Assembly: GCA_002269645.1 (NCBI GenBank)
Contig: NIVC01000296.1
Span: 1-64,000, forward strand
Reading direction: 5' to 3'
Source of the DNA: Macrostomum lignano
Lineage: Eukaryota
Length of the DNA stretch: 64,000 nucleotides
This document shows, piece after piece, positions 10,351 to 25,234 of the stretch (positions within the stretch are counted from its first letter, which is position 1; every line of letters begins with the position of its first letter). Both the position numbers and the translations under genes were made by a program. The notes under the pieces were generated by a model. The model was not told the origin of the DNA and ran no database searches. It saw only the letters and a program-made list of their open reading frames with translations.

Positions 10351-12169
10351 GGCAAGACCGATGGGCCCCCCGAGCAATATCACTTCGATGGAAGTCTAGT
10401 TGCCAGGGGTTAGTGGAATGGGCAGTCCCCTCCACCTTGCTGCATCTACCAGACACCCCCTGCAACTAAGTCAAGTAAGTCAATGTATAGTAACACAAAA
10501 ATAGGCCCTACAAAACAAACTATTTCATGAGATTGTGACTGACTTTTTCAATTATACTCCCATTTCAAAATCCTAGTTATACCACTGGTAAAGGCCCAAG
10601 GAGGGCAAAAAGAGTATAGTTCTATATTTTGACTAAAATTGGCTTGGTCTCCCCTTTGATTTTTTCTAGGTTCCCCCTACTTGGCAGCCCCTTGCCTTCT
10701 TAATTGTATCATTGGATATTGATTATTAACCATTGGCTTGCCTTTATTAATCCTTAAGATCTGAGTAGGCCTTACACAAACCAATTATTATTATAATTAG
10801 ATATGGTAATTTGTAGAATAGGCCTAGTTTACTAATCGATTTTCAATGGAATTTCAATAGTCAATTTTCAATGTTAAAATAGGCCTATTCAGTAGTTCTT
10901 CAATAGAATATTTTTAAAAAGATTGTCAATATAAACTTTTCAAAATTAAGATCTAATATTCTTATCTAATATATTTTAATTTGTTTTTAATTTAAGTGTC
11001 TGTCTGAACTCTGAATATCTTTTTTTGCTGAAACCCACACATTGTTAAACTAGCAGTGTGTTTTAGGCATGGGTGCTGACCAGTTCGGCGACAAACAAAT
11101 TCGGCGACAGAGATTCATAATCGACTAGGCCTAATTCGGCGAAAGCAAATTCGGCGACAATCTAGGCAAATTCGCCGAGAATTAATGAAGCAAAAACAAT
11201 TGCGTATGATTTGAATAATTCCTTTTGTAGAATCGTATTCTATAATGCAGATTAGCTCTCCATTTTTAACTGAGTTTGTTTTATCTATCATTTATTCTTA
11301 TTCAGTTTTAAGTCCTTTCCAAGAAATGTTCGTTAATTTCAGGCTGAGCGACCTCGTAAGCAAAAACCTTTGGGACTTGGAAAAAACGAGAAAAATGATT
11401 TTCTCCTATGCCTAATTAGGTCTTTCCATTGTTTACAATGTCGGGGAAGGAATTCGCAAAAATATGCTATGCAAATAAAAATAACAAAATAAAAATATGT
11501 CAAGTGGCCCTCATTCACCACTCACATTTCTCAAGACGCGGGATGTCCAATTTAACAAAACACAGCTAGCCTGGCTCAGCGAGTGGGCACCTCGCTGAGC
11601 AGCGCCGCCGCCGCCAGCAGCGATCCCTAGTGTGGTTTGCTTCTGCTTGTCCAGGCATTGTTCCACCACGTGCTCCATGCGAATTGGCTGTTATTATCCT
11701 TTTTGCAGAACTTTGTTAAGTTGCACTTATGCTCCCGGTTTTTCTTTTGTCCATGCTATGCCCATAGGTGCCCACTGTTGCATCCAGCAGTTGCTCCCAC
11801 CCGCGGAATTGCTCGCTGCCCCTATTTAATCCCCTGTTTTCATGAGCTAATTCTGTTACCTTCCTTGCCCTTTCTTTTATCCTCTGCTCCGTTTAACTTG
11901 CTGATTCTCGCACACATTTATTTTGTTTGCTCTCGCTATCTATCTTGCTTCGCCTGATAACCAAGCTTAATAAGTTTATCAATTAGTGAACTTCTTTTAT
12001 GATTTAGCACCCCGGTGCCGCCGCAAATTTATCTCGATCGACTAACTAACTATTTTAACCTGCCTGCTAATAATTAATTACTTACTACTTTACTACTGAC
12101 GGGGGGCGCAGGCGCCGCGAATAGGCCGCGAGGCCCCTATCGCAACCCCAAGGTAAAAGAGCACAAGGA

Positions 12170-12919
<750 letters not shown>

Positions 12920-13290
12920 CTAAGTAGTTGGCTGCTGGCTAAGCGCCAACTACCCATCGACAGCCCATAGTTGCAACTGGTACCACACGGGTTCTCGAGG
13001 GCCGCTCCTGTGGGGGAGGGCTCGGTCGTCGGCTGTCAACCCGACCTGGCGCCTGTGTTCCAAGCCCGCAGCCGGCCTCCCGCCCCTGATCTTGCAGAGT
13101 GTGGACTGGGGGCCTGCCGGAGCCTCGCCTGGGAGCAATCCTGGGATAAGACGGTAACCCAAAGCTTCTCTGCTGTTTACCGTGACAGAGGGTAGCTCCA
13201 CGGAGCTGGCTGGGGGTATATCCAGTCCCCGAGCGGTTACCCCCCCCCCTTTTTCTACATTTCAGTTTTCTCCATTCCAGCCTACTCTGC

Positions 13291-14215
<925 letters not shown>

Positions 14216-14442
14216 TGCCGTTCCCAACCCCGTGCCTGCTAATAATTAATAACTGACAATAAATAATAAATCATAAGCTACATCCTATTTATTCGTTGAC
14301 CCATAAGCCATAGCATATCTTGAGTTCTTTTCCCACGGGGCGTAAAACAATCAAAGTTCTCAACTAAAGAAAGTTCTGAGACTTATTCGTTCCGTAATAC
14401 GTAAATTACGGTGGTGGCAGCTCTACCCTACTGAAAGTAACA

Positions 14443-14762
14443 AGCTCAGCAAATCGACGCATTAATCTACGGTGTCAAAATCTCGGTGTCTACCATTTGA
14501 ACGACCGCGCCGCTACACGACCGCTCTGCTAAGATACGACTACCCTCCCCCGGGAATTTGAGGACCCCGGCAGTCGGAGTAAAACAGGAGAAAGAATTTC
14601 ATTGTGATTCGTCTGCGCGACATCTCCGGATTTATTCGTGCGAACGCAACGCCGGCAGGAATTCAAACGTGGAATCCGCTCCCACCTCATTCATGGTGTC
14701 AGCAACCGACCGATTTCAAGTCAAACCCCAAGTTTAATTTTCTTTCTTCAACCCCACCTCAT
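14443..14762 (+). repeat. About 300-bp dispersed repeat, copy 1
   Basis: Clearly alignable to 15249-15514 (agctcagcaaatcgacgcattaat...gcgaacgcaacg). Confidence 0.8.
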
Positions 14763-15248
14763 TTGCTTTAACTTGTCTTTAGGCTAGCTATAAAAAGACG
14801 TGTCGCCGAATTCGCTTTCGCCGAATTAGTCCATTGTGAATCTCTGTCGCCGAATTTGTTTGTCGCTGAATTTGCGTGCATACTTAGGAATACTGAAAAA
14901 ACGTCGTACAATAAATTTTTATTAGAGCGGCAAAATTATATTACCAAATCCACAATAATAAATTAAAAAACCTGAGCACTGTTTGCTTTCGAAACTGTGG
15001 CAGGCGGGTTGCCACTTGAAATTTGTGACTTAATTAATTTTAGCTGAATTAATTTTTGCATGACAAGTCGTCCGTGCTCTGACCGCCTGACGTCAGTTTA
15101 TCCCCAGCGTGGCCCATCTTTGCCTGTCCAAGTGCGAATTTCTCTGTTTTCCAAGTTCTGACCCACTAACGTCCCCTCTATGGATCTTTTGTTAATTTTC
15201 GTTGTTTCCCCCGGAATTTTTGCCCTTTCGCCAACACTGTGTTCATTC

Positions 15249-15514
15249 GAGCTCAACAAATCGACGCATTAATTTATGGTGTCAGAATCTTCGGTGTCTA
15301 CCATTTGAACGACTGTGCAGCTAAACGACCGCTCAGCTACGATTACGACTATACCCTCCCCCGGAATTTGAGGACCCCTGCAGCCGGAGTAAAGCAGGAG
15401 AAAATAACATAGCGATTCGTCTGCGCGATTTTCCGGATTTATTCGTGCGAACGCAACGACCGACCAACTAACTAAATTTTAAAATCCCATTTTCTTTACT
15501 CCGCCCCCACCTCA
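15249..15514 (+). repeat. About 300-bp dispersed repeat, copy 2
   Basis: Diverged direct copy of 14443-14762. Confidence 0.8.
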
Positions 15515-18500
15515 AAATATTAGCACTGTTTTCTATGCTTTTAGTTAAATTTAATAAATTTTAGTTAATTTAGTTAATTTCAAACAAATAAAAAATATTG
15601 GTTACAAAGAAGAGCTTGTGCAGTGTGTATTTAGATTTAAATCTTATGGGGGGATTGAAAGCTACATTAAACCATAATTGTCTCATGGCGAGTAAAGTAT
15701 AAGAGTTAGAAATCTGAAGTTTTGACCCTAAGTTAGAAGATAGGTAGAAATTTATGAAATGCCCAGGCGCAGTGAAGGGCGAGGCAGAAGAGCACAATGG
15801 AACCCCGGATAGCTATTAGAAGGGCAAACAGAAGCAGTTTTAAGATAATTAATCAACTGTCAAGTCAATTTGAATAGCCGAATCTAATAAAGCCCCTTTT
15901 CATTCCAGTCAGTAGCGTCACCCCGCCGCAGGAACAATGGCGACAAAACCGGCTGGGAAAAGCAAACTGAGCAGCGGCCAGCTTAGAGAACAACGCGGCA
16001 CGCGGCATATTCTGGCGCCCCTGAGGGAAAAAACGTGAGGCCCACCTACAGACTCCTATTCAACCCGAAGCGGCCCAAGAAGGCGAGATCAACCCCAAGC
16101 TGCCTGACAACCGAGAGAAACAGAGGGCTGTTTAATCATCAATGGACAGAGAGTTAAGAGACGGAAAATTAAGCTCTTTTTCTATAATCGGTCTATCCCA
16201 AATTTTATCCAACTCAACAAATAGATTTGCGAAACCCCGAGTAATCTCTAACCCTCACACTTAGCAACCCACTAGAACTAACTAAATCCATGTACAACTA
16301 GGGGACTGAGTCCCAGATTGTTATTGCTCAAAGCCCCCCGCCGTTGCTAACCACGCGAAGACACCCCACCGGCGGCGGGGGAGGTCAAAAATGCTAATTA
16401 GTATAAATAGACGCTCATCTCAAACTGGAGCGGCGCTTCGTTTTTTTGCTTGCGCAGTTTTCGATCTCGAATTGCTCCTTTTGAATTAAGTCTCTGGATT
16501 ATCCAGTTGGGACAAATCTAAGTCTTCAATATAATTATTTGTCTTTATTGTTGCGCAGAGCCAATCCTAGAAAGAATCAAACTCAGCTTAGATACTAGGA
16601 GATCCCGTCAGTTTATACGGTTTTCGCTGACGGCCTGATTGGAGAAATTAGAGCTGTACGAAGCTTAGACCGCTAGACATCTATCTTAAGAAAGTGAGAA
16701 CACAAACTCAAAGGCCCCAGAGAAAAACGCGTATATAAAGCAAGCTGATTAAGACGGCGAAGGTGACTGCGATAGACGAGATGTAAATTAAATTGTGTTA
16801 TTATCAAATAGATGTAGTATTAGGTGTTCAATATTACTGCCCCGAAGTTGTCCAAAGACTACCGCCTTTTACATTTTACAGACCCAGAAAGAACTAAGAA
16901 TGAAATAAGTAAAACTGAAGTTTTAAGGGTGATGTACTATATTAATTTGTAGAAAGGTAATTAAGATATACATGTAGAAATATACGTTATACGTGCATAT
17001 TTCTCCAGAAAGAATATATGTACAATACAGGTACATTAGCTAACATCTATCTTCTTAGCCGTTTTGTCACTATAGCTACTAATAAAACATTTTTCAGATA
17101 GGATCCGGCAGAAAAAAGTTTTAAAATAAAGACCATGACAGCATCAATTTCGGATTGCTCTCTTAAATCAAATGCGGTTTTTTAAATTTACAGATTTTTA
17201 TACAGTTTTTCTTTCGGTAAGTAGCTTAGCTAGATATCAGGGCATGTGAGAGCCGAAACATGTGTCAATTAAAATGGTAAGCTTTTTTGGGACACGGCCG
17301 CTATATACTGCATGTACGCTCGATTCTGTCAGTGTCTATGGTCAAAATCTATGTTAGAGCGCGGTTTGAATCAAACTTGCATACGATGGCCATAGACTAT
17401 ATTGAGCTTTGCATGCGCTAAACGGTGGTTACATATCGATCGATCAAATTCAGTCTTAAAACTGATAGCAACCCCAAGACTTTAGCATGATCCAGTCTGA
17501 AAATACAGGATAAATTTTCCTGAGAGTTCTAAAAAGGGTAGGCCAATTCATAAGGACAAATATTAATCAGTGACAGTCCCTGAGGCTATATCAGCATCAC
17601 AGAAGCAAAATAAGCTTTCAATTTTTCCTATTAGCTCTTCAGAGATTACACTACATGTACGTAACAATGTATAGCAATTGTTAATCTTTAACTTTGCATA
17701 GAATTCGCGCAAGCTCGGCTAGTTTCTGAGCGGTAAGTGTTTTTGTGCTTTTTCGTGCATTTGAATTTTTTAAGACAGCGAAGTTACTCGTAATTTCGAT
17801 GTCCTCAATTTTAAAGTGACTTGTCGGTATTATGAAAAAATCAAGTATGTGCATGGTAAAAATTCTCAACAATATACATTCAGACTGAACAGAAATATTT
17901 TGTGTAAACTTAACAACGGAGAAAATTTAATGTAAACATGCGCAGGATTCATATAGTAGAATTAAGTGTGCATTATTGAATACACAGTAGAGATCTTAGG
18001 AGTTTTCATGAGCTTCGTAAGTTATTGCACAAAGACAATAAGTGTCCAACATTTTCTCGAGAATTTATTCCGTCAGTTGAAGTGGCAAATCGGAGACTGT
18101 GGGCCATAGAAAAATTTATTCTGATACACGATTAGATGCGCATCGCTCAATCCACAGGATTGAGGTAAACAGTTTTAGGAAAACGAATGACAGCAGGAAA
18201 TGAGAACAAAGAACTGAGGGGTGTTTCTCGAAAGCTTGCTTAAGATCTATGGTAAGACAGACTGCGTAAGATTAATCGTAAGGACGTATCAAAATCCAGA
18301 AGGTCGACAGCGAGCATTCAATCGCGAGCCCAGGCTACTTTGTGGTGTGTTTGCTGATGTCACAGACGGAGATGGTGGTCTCAAGCTGGCTTCCTCTGCC
18401 ATGCCAATCCTCAATCCAGAAGACAATGGCGCCAGTCGTGGATTGTCTTCGCCAATAATTTGCAGCACATTAAAGTCAGTAGCCGACGTTTCAGCGGCAG

Positions 18501-18639
18501 TCCGTCACCGGTTTTCTTTACGTTTTTCTCGTAAAATTTTATTAACTAAACGTAAGACGAAACAAATGTCGTCCAATACATGTACAGTGTCATAGGGAAC
18601 TAAAGCAGAAAATCGAAGTCACGTCAAGTGTGGCCCTTC

Positions 18640-19530
18640 AGTCTCCATTGATGTGCATCTTGGCCATGCATCTCGGTACAAAGCTGAGGCAGTGATTGTA
18701 CCACTGGAGACACTTGTCCTGAGTGACGCTGTCGTTCACTGTTAGATCGGCGAAGCGCATCAGCTCGTCCCTTCGATATTCAGCCAGTGTACGCCCAGCG
18801 CGAGCTTCGTCGGATGGATTGATGAAAACTTCGCGGCTGTCACTGAGTTCACTTTTAATGGCCGCCTTCCATGTGGAGATGGCGCTCTCAACGGGTGTTA
18901 AAATGTGCTGTATCTAGGGAGTCGACGGAACTCAGCCAGTCCCACAACCTCTTGTAATTCAGCGTCATTATGGCTGCTGACATTATCAAAAATAGGGTAT
19001 GCAAGTTGGTGCGGCCAGGCCATTTGAGCGTTACGCATCACAATTTGCAGAAATTCGGCGAATCTCTCCTTTGGCATGCCGCGAGTGTACGCTTGATAGT
19101 GGATCAGACCAATCTGAGGCAGATTGGTTCTGCCTCAGCGACGCAGATGGTGATGCGAGTGCCCTTTTGGCCGGAACCGGTTCTGTAGGCCCGTTGACCG
19201 CGGAGCGACCTTCCCTGTTGACGTCGCACCCAGGTGTCGAATCTGAATTCATCGATGAACACCTTGGGAGCATTGATAACATCGGCCGAGCACCACCAGT
19301 TACAATAAGCTTCACGCTCTGCTAGGACTGCCGGGGAATTGCGTTCTGCGGGCACGTCTCAAACGAGTTTGATAGTGTACGCATGGCCCTCCAGTTGTCG
19401 GCTTAGTGTAGTCATCGAAACAGCTGGTTTGTCCGGAAATCTTATGTGCAGTCGATCATTGATTCCTTTTAGAGAAACTTTTATCTATGGCTTAAACCAT
19501 AGCGCTGACGTGGCAGAACAAAAATCGATA
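18640..19530 (-). pseudogene. Tc1/IS630-like DDE transposase remnant, copy 1
   Basis: KVFIDE.F...RRQQGRSLRGQRAY...GQKG.RITICVA plus a C-terminal YSTFLTPVESAISTWKAAIK...KCLQWYNH; stops and frameshifts. Confidence 0.75.
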
Positions 19531-21181
19531 GTTTTGCGCGCTCATATGCCCAGAAGAGAGTAGGCTATTCAGACATCGAGCGAATTTGCATTAAGTTACC
19601 CATCTAGTGTTTTTATAAAGACTAGCTTTTCTGCATACGGCCCTTAATCTTTGGAGCATTCAACCTAGTCCGTTTCCTCCTTTTGGATTTTGATTTTATT
19701 CTTATTATCGAAAAAGGAATGTAGTAAAATGAATTCAAACCAAAACATTACGATGGAACACAGAAAAAGAAAATGATTTGAAACGTAAGCACGAGAAGTT
19801 CATATTATGTTAATGTTCGCTGACTCATCAACTTAAAATAAAACAATTGGCTGGCTGGCAATACAGGCTAGCAGACGGCGCAATGAATGACGGTACTATC
19901 AGCCACACTTCGCAGCCGTAACCTCCACTGTCGCCTCTGGCGATCCTCTGCATGAGGATCATGTACCATTGGTACAGCGGCATCAAAGAGGGGCGCCAGT
20001 TTCCGCTGGACCCGGCCAGTGCCATCGTGCGCTTGATTGCGGCTTTCAGGCATTCGTGTGTCTCCTCGACGGGAGTTTAGTTAAAAAAGACGTTCCAGTT
20101 GGCTTCGAATTGCTCCGGCAGTGCGACTCCAGTCTCATTCTACTGACGTTTAATTGAAATAACTCTTGACGTTAATCTTCGTCCATTCCGTGATTTCGAC
20201 TGGTCGCTCACCTCTGTCCAAGGCTTCGATGATTGGTTGCTAGAATAACTATATAGAGATGGAATCGAGACAATTAGCTATAAAGGGATAAAAACGAAAA
20301 TGGTATATTTGAGCGAGATACTCTAGGTCGACATTTATAAGCTGAATGAAAGCGTTCAATACACGATTGAGCGTATAGGGGTGGGGCAATCAGTAAAGAG
20401 TGAAAGTGGTGCGATCAATAATTGGGGACTGTACGTACGAGCAACATAAATATGATAACCTAATTGAACGTACATATAGCTATTGCAAACCCCAGACGCA
20501 AAAGTACAAGCATAGACAGCTCCAGAACAATGACTAGGCTGTGCAGTGCATTTCATCGCTAATCTTTATCCATGTTCTTGGCTGCGGGCCGTCACCTTGC
20601 TACTCTGAAGCCATTTCATAGCTATAGTGTCGCTCTCTTCATCTTCCAAGCTCATATTGTTGCTGATTTGTAGGTTATAGAGCGATGGTAATCCTTTAGC
20701 AGACACGAGAGGAATTGTAACGCTGGCTACCAAAAGATGAAGATGATTAATTAAGTTAAGCGAAAGGTTAACTCTCGGCTAGGAGGCGATCGCGTCCATT
20801 TAATAAAAATAAAGTACAGTTTGTTTGGGGCTGAAACCGAAAGTTGTAGTTTGGGCCATAGACAACCTAGCTTGTGGGCACTCAAAAGAAAGTACTTTTA
20901 TTAAACGCAGGGACAGTGGGAAACAAGGCGCTACAGACTAAGTGAATGCTCCAAAGATGAATTCTTTGCTCACCAGTCACTTTCTATGGCATAGACTGGG
21001 GGCAGCAGTTGTCTCGAGTGTAGCGCTCTGCCACTGTGAGTTAAGCCAACTGCTGCTAAGCTCAAACTGACTGCAAAAAGCAATAATAATATCCTTTTTG
21101 TAAGCAGATGCCATATTGCTTAAGTAAATTAAATAGGAGCTACTTTTGGCTTCGAAAGCTGGGAAGTAAAATAACTTTAAT

Positions 21182-21400
21182 TTATACTTGTACGGCACGC
21201 CAGTCGGCAAAACAGGGGACTGCGCACAGTCCAGGCTTGCCTTCACATGAGCCACAGCATATGACGGTTTTCTTGGCCTGGCCGTTCCTGTAGCACTGCC
21301 TGCACCGCTTCGTTGGTTGGGCCTGCGCTTCGGTGGCTTCAATGCTCTTCAGCGAGTGCTGTTGGTGAGCCACTGCTAACTGCTGCTGTGCCCGAGCAGC
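21182..21400 (-). pseudogene. piggyBac (PGBD4-like) transposase C-terminal cysteine-rich domain remnant
   Basis: HSLKSIEATEAQAQPTKRCRQCYRNGQAKKTVICCGSCEGKPGLCAVPCFADW fits the C-x2-C...C-x2-C...LC...CF piggyBac CRD pattern. Confidence 0.7.
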
Positions 21401-21673
21401 TCGTATGCGACCAGGTCCCGAGGAGTCGATTGAGTTTTTGAAATTAGAAACTCGAGTGTACCTCCGCAGGATTGATCGAAATTAAATTAAGACTCTCTTT
21501 CATATTCAACCGAGTCCTTTCGATTCAGTCAGACAAAATGGTCTATGGATTTTCTCTCTTTTTTGTTCCACTTGCCATTAGTGAAAATTCGAAAACAAAC
21601 ACAAGACAATCAAAATAAACACTTTCAACTTGAAACGGTAAACATTAGGACAGTCTCAGCACTCAGCAGGAAC

Positions 21674-22945
21674 CTACAATGCTGCAACCTGCAACGCTAC
21701 AGTACACGCGTCTGTTACAAATAAACCATCTAAAATAGCTTGTCGAACAAAGTATCTTTGCAAGTAGGTGAAAATGTGGTTGAACCACGCGTTGCACTTG
21801 TCCGCTGTCACGCATTGTGCCGTCTGCTGTATCATGGCCATGAGGGTCTCCTTGCGATGAGCAGTCACGGTTCGACCTCCGAGTTGTTCGGTAGTAGGAG
21901 CAATGAACAACTGCTGGTGAGCCGCCAACTCGCGCTGCACAGCGGCTTTCCAACAGAAAATGGCATTCTCCACTAGAGTGAGGAAGGGACTGTATGGAGG
22001 CAGTCGCCTGATCGTGGCAGAATCTGGCACCTCGTAGTACTCAGCGTCGTTGTGGGAGCTAACGTTGTCGATGACAATGTGGCACTGCGATCCTGGGAAC
22101 TCCGAATAAAAGTTGCCGATGGTGATGTGCAAAAATTCTCCGAATCGCTCCTTGGTCATTCCCCTGTCGTACGTCTGATACTGCACAATGCCGGTAGACT
22201 GCGACACGCACAGTCACGCGGAGCCCCTTCTGCGAGCCGACCTGCCTGTAGACGTGCTCTCCACGTTGGGATCGTCGTTGCGATCGGTGCATCAACGTTT
22301 CGAAGCCGAATTTTTCGATGAAAATCTTGTGCACAGCAACAACCTCAGCCGAACAGATCCATTCACAGAAGTCACTCGTTCTTGAATTACGTGTGGCAAG
22401 TTGCGTCCCGCAGGCACGAGTAGCGTCCCGCAGGTAGGTCCCTGGCCAGTAGGGGTGTTCGGGGTTCGGGGTCGGGTCGGGTTTCGGGTCGGGTTTTGGT
22501 ACCGGGTTCGGGGTTCGGGGTAGGTGTTCCGGGTCGGGTTCGGGGTTCGGGGTAGGGGTACCGGGTTCGGGGTAAACCCCGAACCCCGAAAAAATGGCCG
22601 ACCCGAACACCCCTACTGGCCAGCTTGGTGGTGTAAAGAGCCCCATTAAACTCACGGTCTTGTCAGTGACGACCGGCTAAGCTGGCAGATGTTGGCGCAG
22701 AAGCGAGTTGAGTTGCTTCGGTTAAATCAGAGGATTGTCTTCCAACTGAGCACAAATGAACTCCTGCATCTTTGCGTCCCCTTTGATTCGCCTAGCACCT
22801 CCTTTAGGCAGCTTGTCCACTCTCTCAGATCTCACAATCGTGTACGCAGTCGTGCGCTTGATGTTCAGCTGTCATGCCAGAGCGACGAAGTCGTACTCTT
22901 TTTCAAAGGTTTAAATGATCCGGCGTCCATCGCTGTCACCGATCT
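21674..22945 (-). pseudogene. Tc1/IS630-like transposase remnant, copy 2, interrupted by a MITE
   Basis: N-terminal HTH-like region (22630-22940), KIFIEKFGF, HIVIDNVSSH and RRLPPYSPFLTLVENAIFCWKAAV; paralogous to 18640-19530. Confidence 0.8.
22450..22615. mobile_element. 166-bp hAT-type MITE with an 8-bp TSD
   Basis: TIRs TAGGGGTGTTCGGG...CCCGAACACCCCTA; TSD ctggccag at 22442-22449 and 22616-22623; internal GGGTTC/GGGGTTCG repeats. Confidence 0.85.
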
Positions 22946-23169
22946 TGTTGTACGTACGGGGAGCTGTTGACCATCTGCGCCTTCTGGATTGTCATCTTTT
23001 CATCCTGATCGTCTTCCTCTGTTCCTTCTTCGCCTTCCTCTTCAAACAGCTCGTCTTGAACTTCTTCTTCCACGTCTTCACTCCAGATCTCAGCCATCGT
23101 GTTTGATTTGAAAAGGCGTCTGTCTCTTAAGATTTTCTTCTATTCGCCTGAGTCGGTTATAAACTTATA

Positions 23170-24290
23170 TTTTTTTCACCAAGGCCCATGGCTGCCACCG
23201 ATTCTTGGACCGTGCGAACGAAGCGCTCGGCGAGTCCGTTTGATTGCGGTTGGTACGGAGGTTTAGTGATGTGCTGACAACCAATTCCGTGATGTCACTC
23301 CTGTGACTCAGCCGAAACAAAACTTGGCCCATTGTCAGTGACAATTGTCTCCGGGACGTCCCATTGGGAGAATGTGCGACGAAACCTTGCAATCACTGTC
23401 TCCGGCTCCATATTCTTGTTGGTCAGGTACACCTCTGGGTAGTTGGACATGGCGTCTACTATCACCAGCAGGTACTGACCTTGTATTGGTCCTGCAAAAT
23501 CCACATGAACGCGTTCTCCAGACTCGTTAGTTTTCGGCTAGGATGCGCGATAATTTCTGTTATTCGGTTTCACAAACTTGCACGTGCTGCAATTACCAAC
23601 GAATCTGATGAAACCCTTGTCCAATCCAGGCCACCAAAACTGAGATCTTAACAACGACTTTGTTCGGACGACACCCAAATGCGTAGCATGAGCGATTGAG
23701 CGTCTTCCTAAGCTCTACTTCGGAGAGACTTTGGCAGATCGATCCTCAAATCTCGGATAATCATACCTAATTCACTGTCAATGAATCAGACACCGGTTTG
23801 TACGACCGAAGTTTCGGGCTGTTGAAATTGCCTTTTCGGATTGCTTCCATTAAACTCTTCATCTCCGGATACAACTTAACATGTCGTTCTACCTCCTGGA
23901 TTGACATCGTTGGAGTTGGTACACCAACATTGCCAATAGTGTGCGTCTGGTCAGGTTCATCGTTTACCAAGCGGGACAGAGCGTTGGACTTCATGAGCTG
24001 AGACTTCTGATATTGAATGGTGAAGTCAAATTCCATCAGCATAAGAGCCCAACGTTGTAGACGAGCTGAAACTCTAGGAGGCAAGCCTTGATCCGATCCA
24101 AATATGTTGGTCAGAGGCCTGTGGTCTGTTCTGAGAGTTAAACGACGACCGGCCAAAAATCTCTGACACTGAGCTCCCCAAACAATCACGAGTGCTTCCC
24201 TTTCTATCTGTGAGTACTTGCGCTCCGCACTGGATAACTGCTTGCTTATACGTAGAACACCAGTTTGTTGTCCTGGATTAAAACAGCACC
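23170..24290 (-). mobile_element. Ty3/gypsy pol fragment (RNase H plus integrase)
   Basis: TLRTDHRPL..IFG...RLQRWAL.LMEFDF.IQY, AHATHLGVVRTK...WWPGLD, VDFAGP...LVIVDA.S.YPEV and IVTDNGPSF. Confidence 0.88.
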
Positions 24291-25234
24291 AATTCTATTT
24301 TGAGAAGCATCGCATTCCAGCATAAGCGATATGCTCAAACTGACAGTTGGAAGTTTCCAGTTGTTTTATTCGAAAAGGCAAATCCGTTAACTAAAAACCA
24401 ATCGTCAAGCAATGACCGGCTGAGCAACTGCCAGCACAACTCGGCAAGGTCTCCCTCATCGGGCTGCTCGCGGAACCGGTCTCGGGCGACGCTGCACCGC
24501 ACACAGCGATTCGTTCATTTGTTCACTCGTGCTTTTTGAGAGGGAAAACAGCTTAACGGTATCTAAATCACGTAAGAATATATGTTTATAGTTTAGGCAC
24601 ATTACCAGCGTAATTCCAGTTGATAGACTCTTGTGACAAGATTAATGACACAAGTTCAGAGATATTTTTAATGAAATCATTTTCGAGCTGTCAGTGGCTA
24701 AGAGGCTGCTAAATGTCTACTGTAAAACGCTTATACGCTAATACCATTTATGTACTGTAAAGGGGTATTGTCTGTGATGCAATTATATCTCTGGCGGTGC
24801 AGAAATCGTTTGGCATATGCAAGGTGTCGAATAGACAATAAACTAATAACTAATAATATGTGATTAGTGGTGCAGAAAGGAAGGAGGTGAAGGGCTTAAG
24901 CCGCGAGTTTAACTTGTATTTATACTAACAGAATGAACAGGTTAGTTGTATAATCTATGGAGAATTAACGATTGAGATTGTCTGTGGGGAAGAGCATGGT
25001 AGACGAAGGGAGTCGGCTAACTGAAAAGTACAAGGCTGAATTGCAAAACAGAAAGTAAAACTAATTGGAGGATGGAAATCCAGAAAGTACAAATAATTGG
25101 AGGATGGAAATTCGACAGGCTCGGGGGGCCCACAGGTAACGATAGATAGAGTCGATTTTGAACGGTAAAACAATAGAAGGATTAAATAGGGAGTATTTGC
25201 GCATTGATTTTAGTTCGTGGAAACGGTAAAATGT

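Noticed and set aside
19830-20160. Possible second piggyBac C-terminal remnant
   Set aside because: Only a vague H...R...C..C pattern with the key cysteines missing; not supportable.
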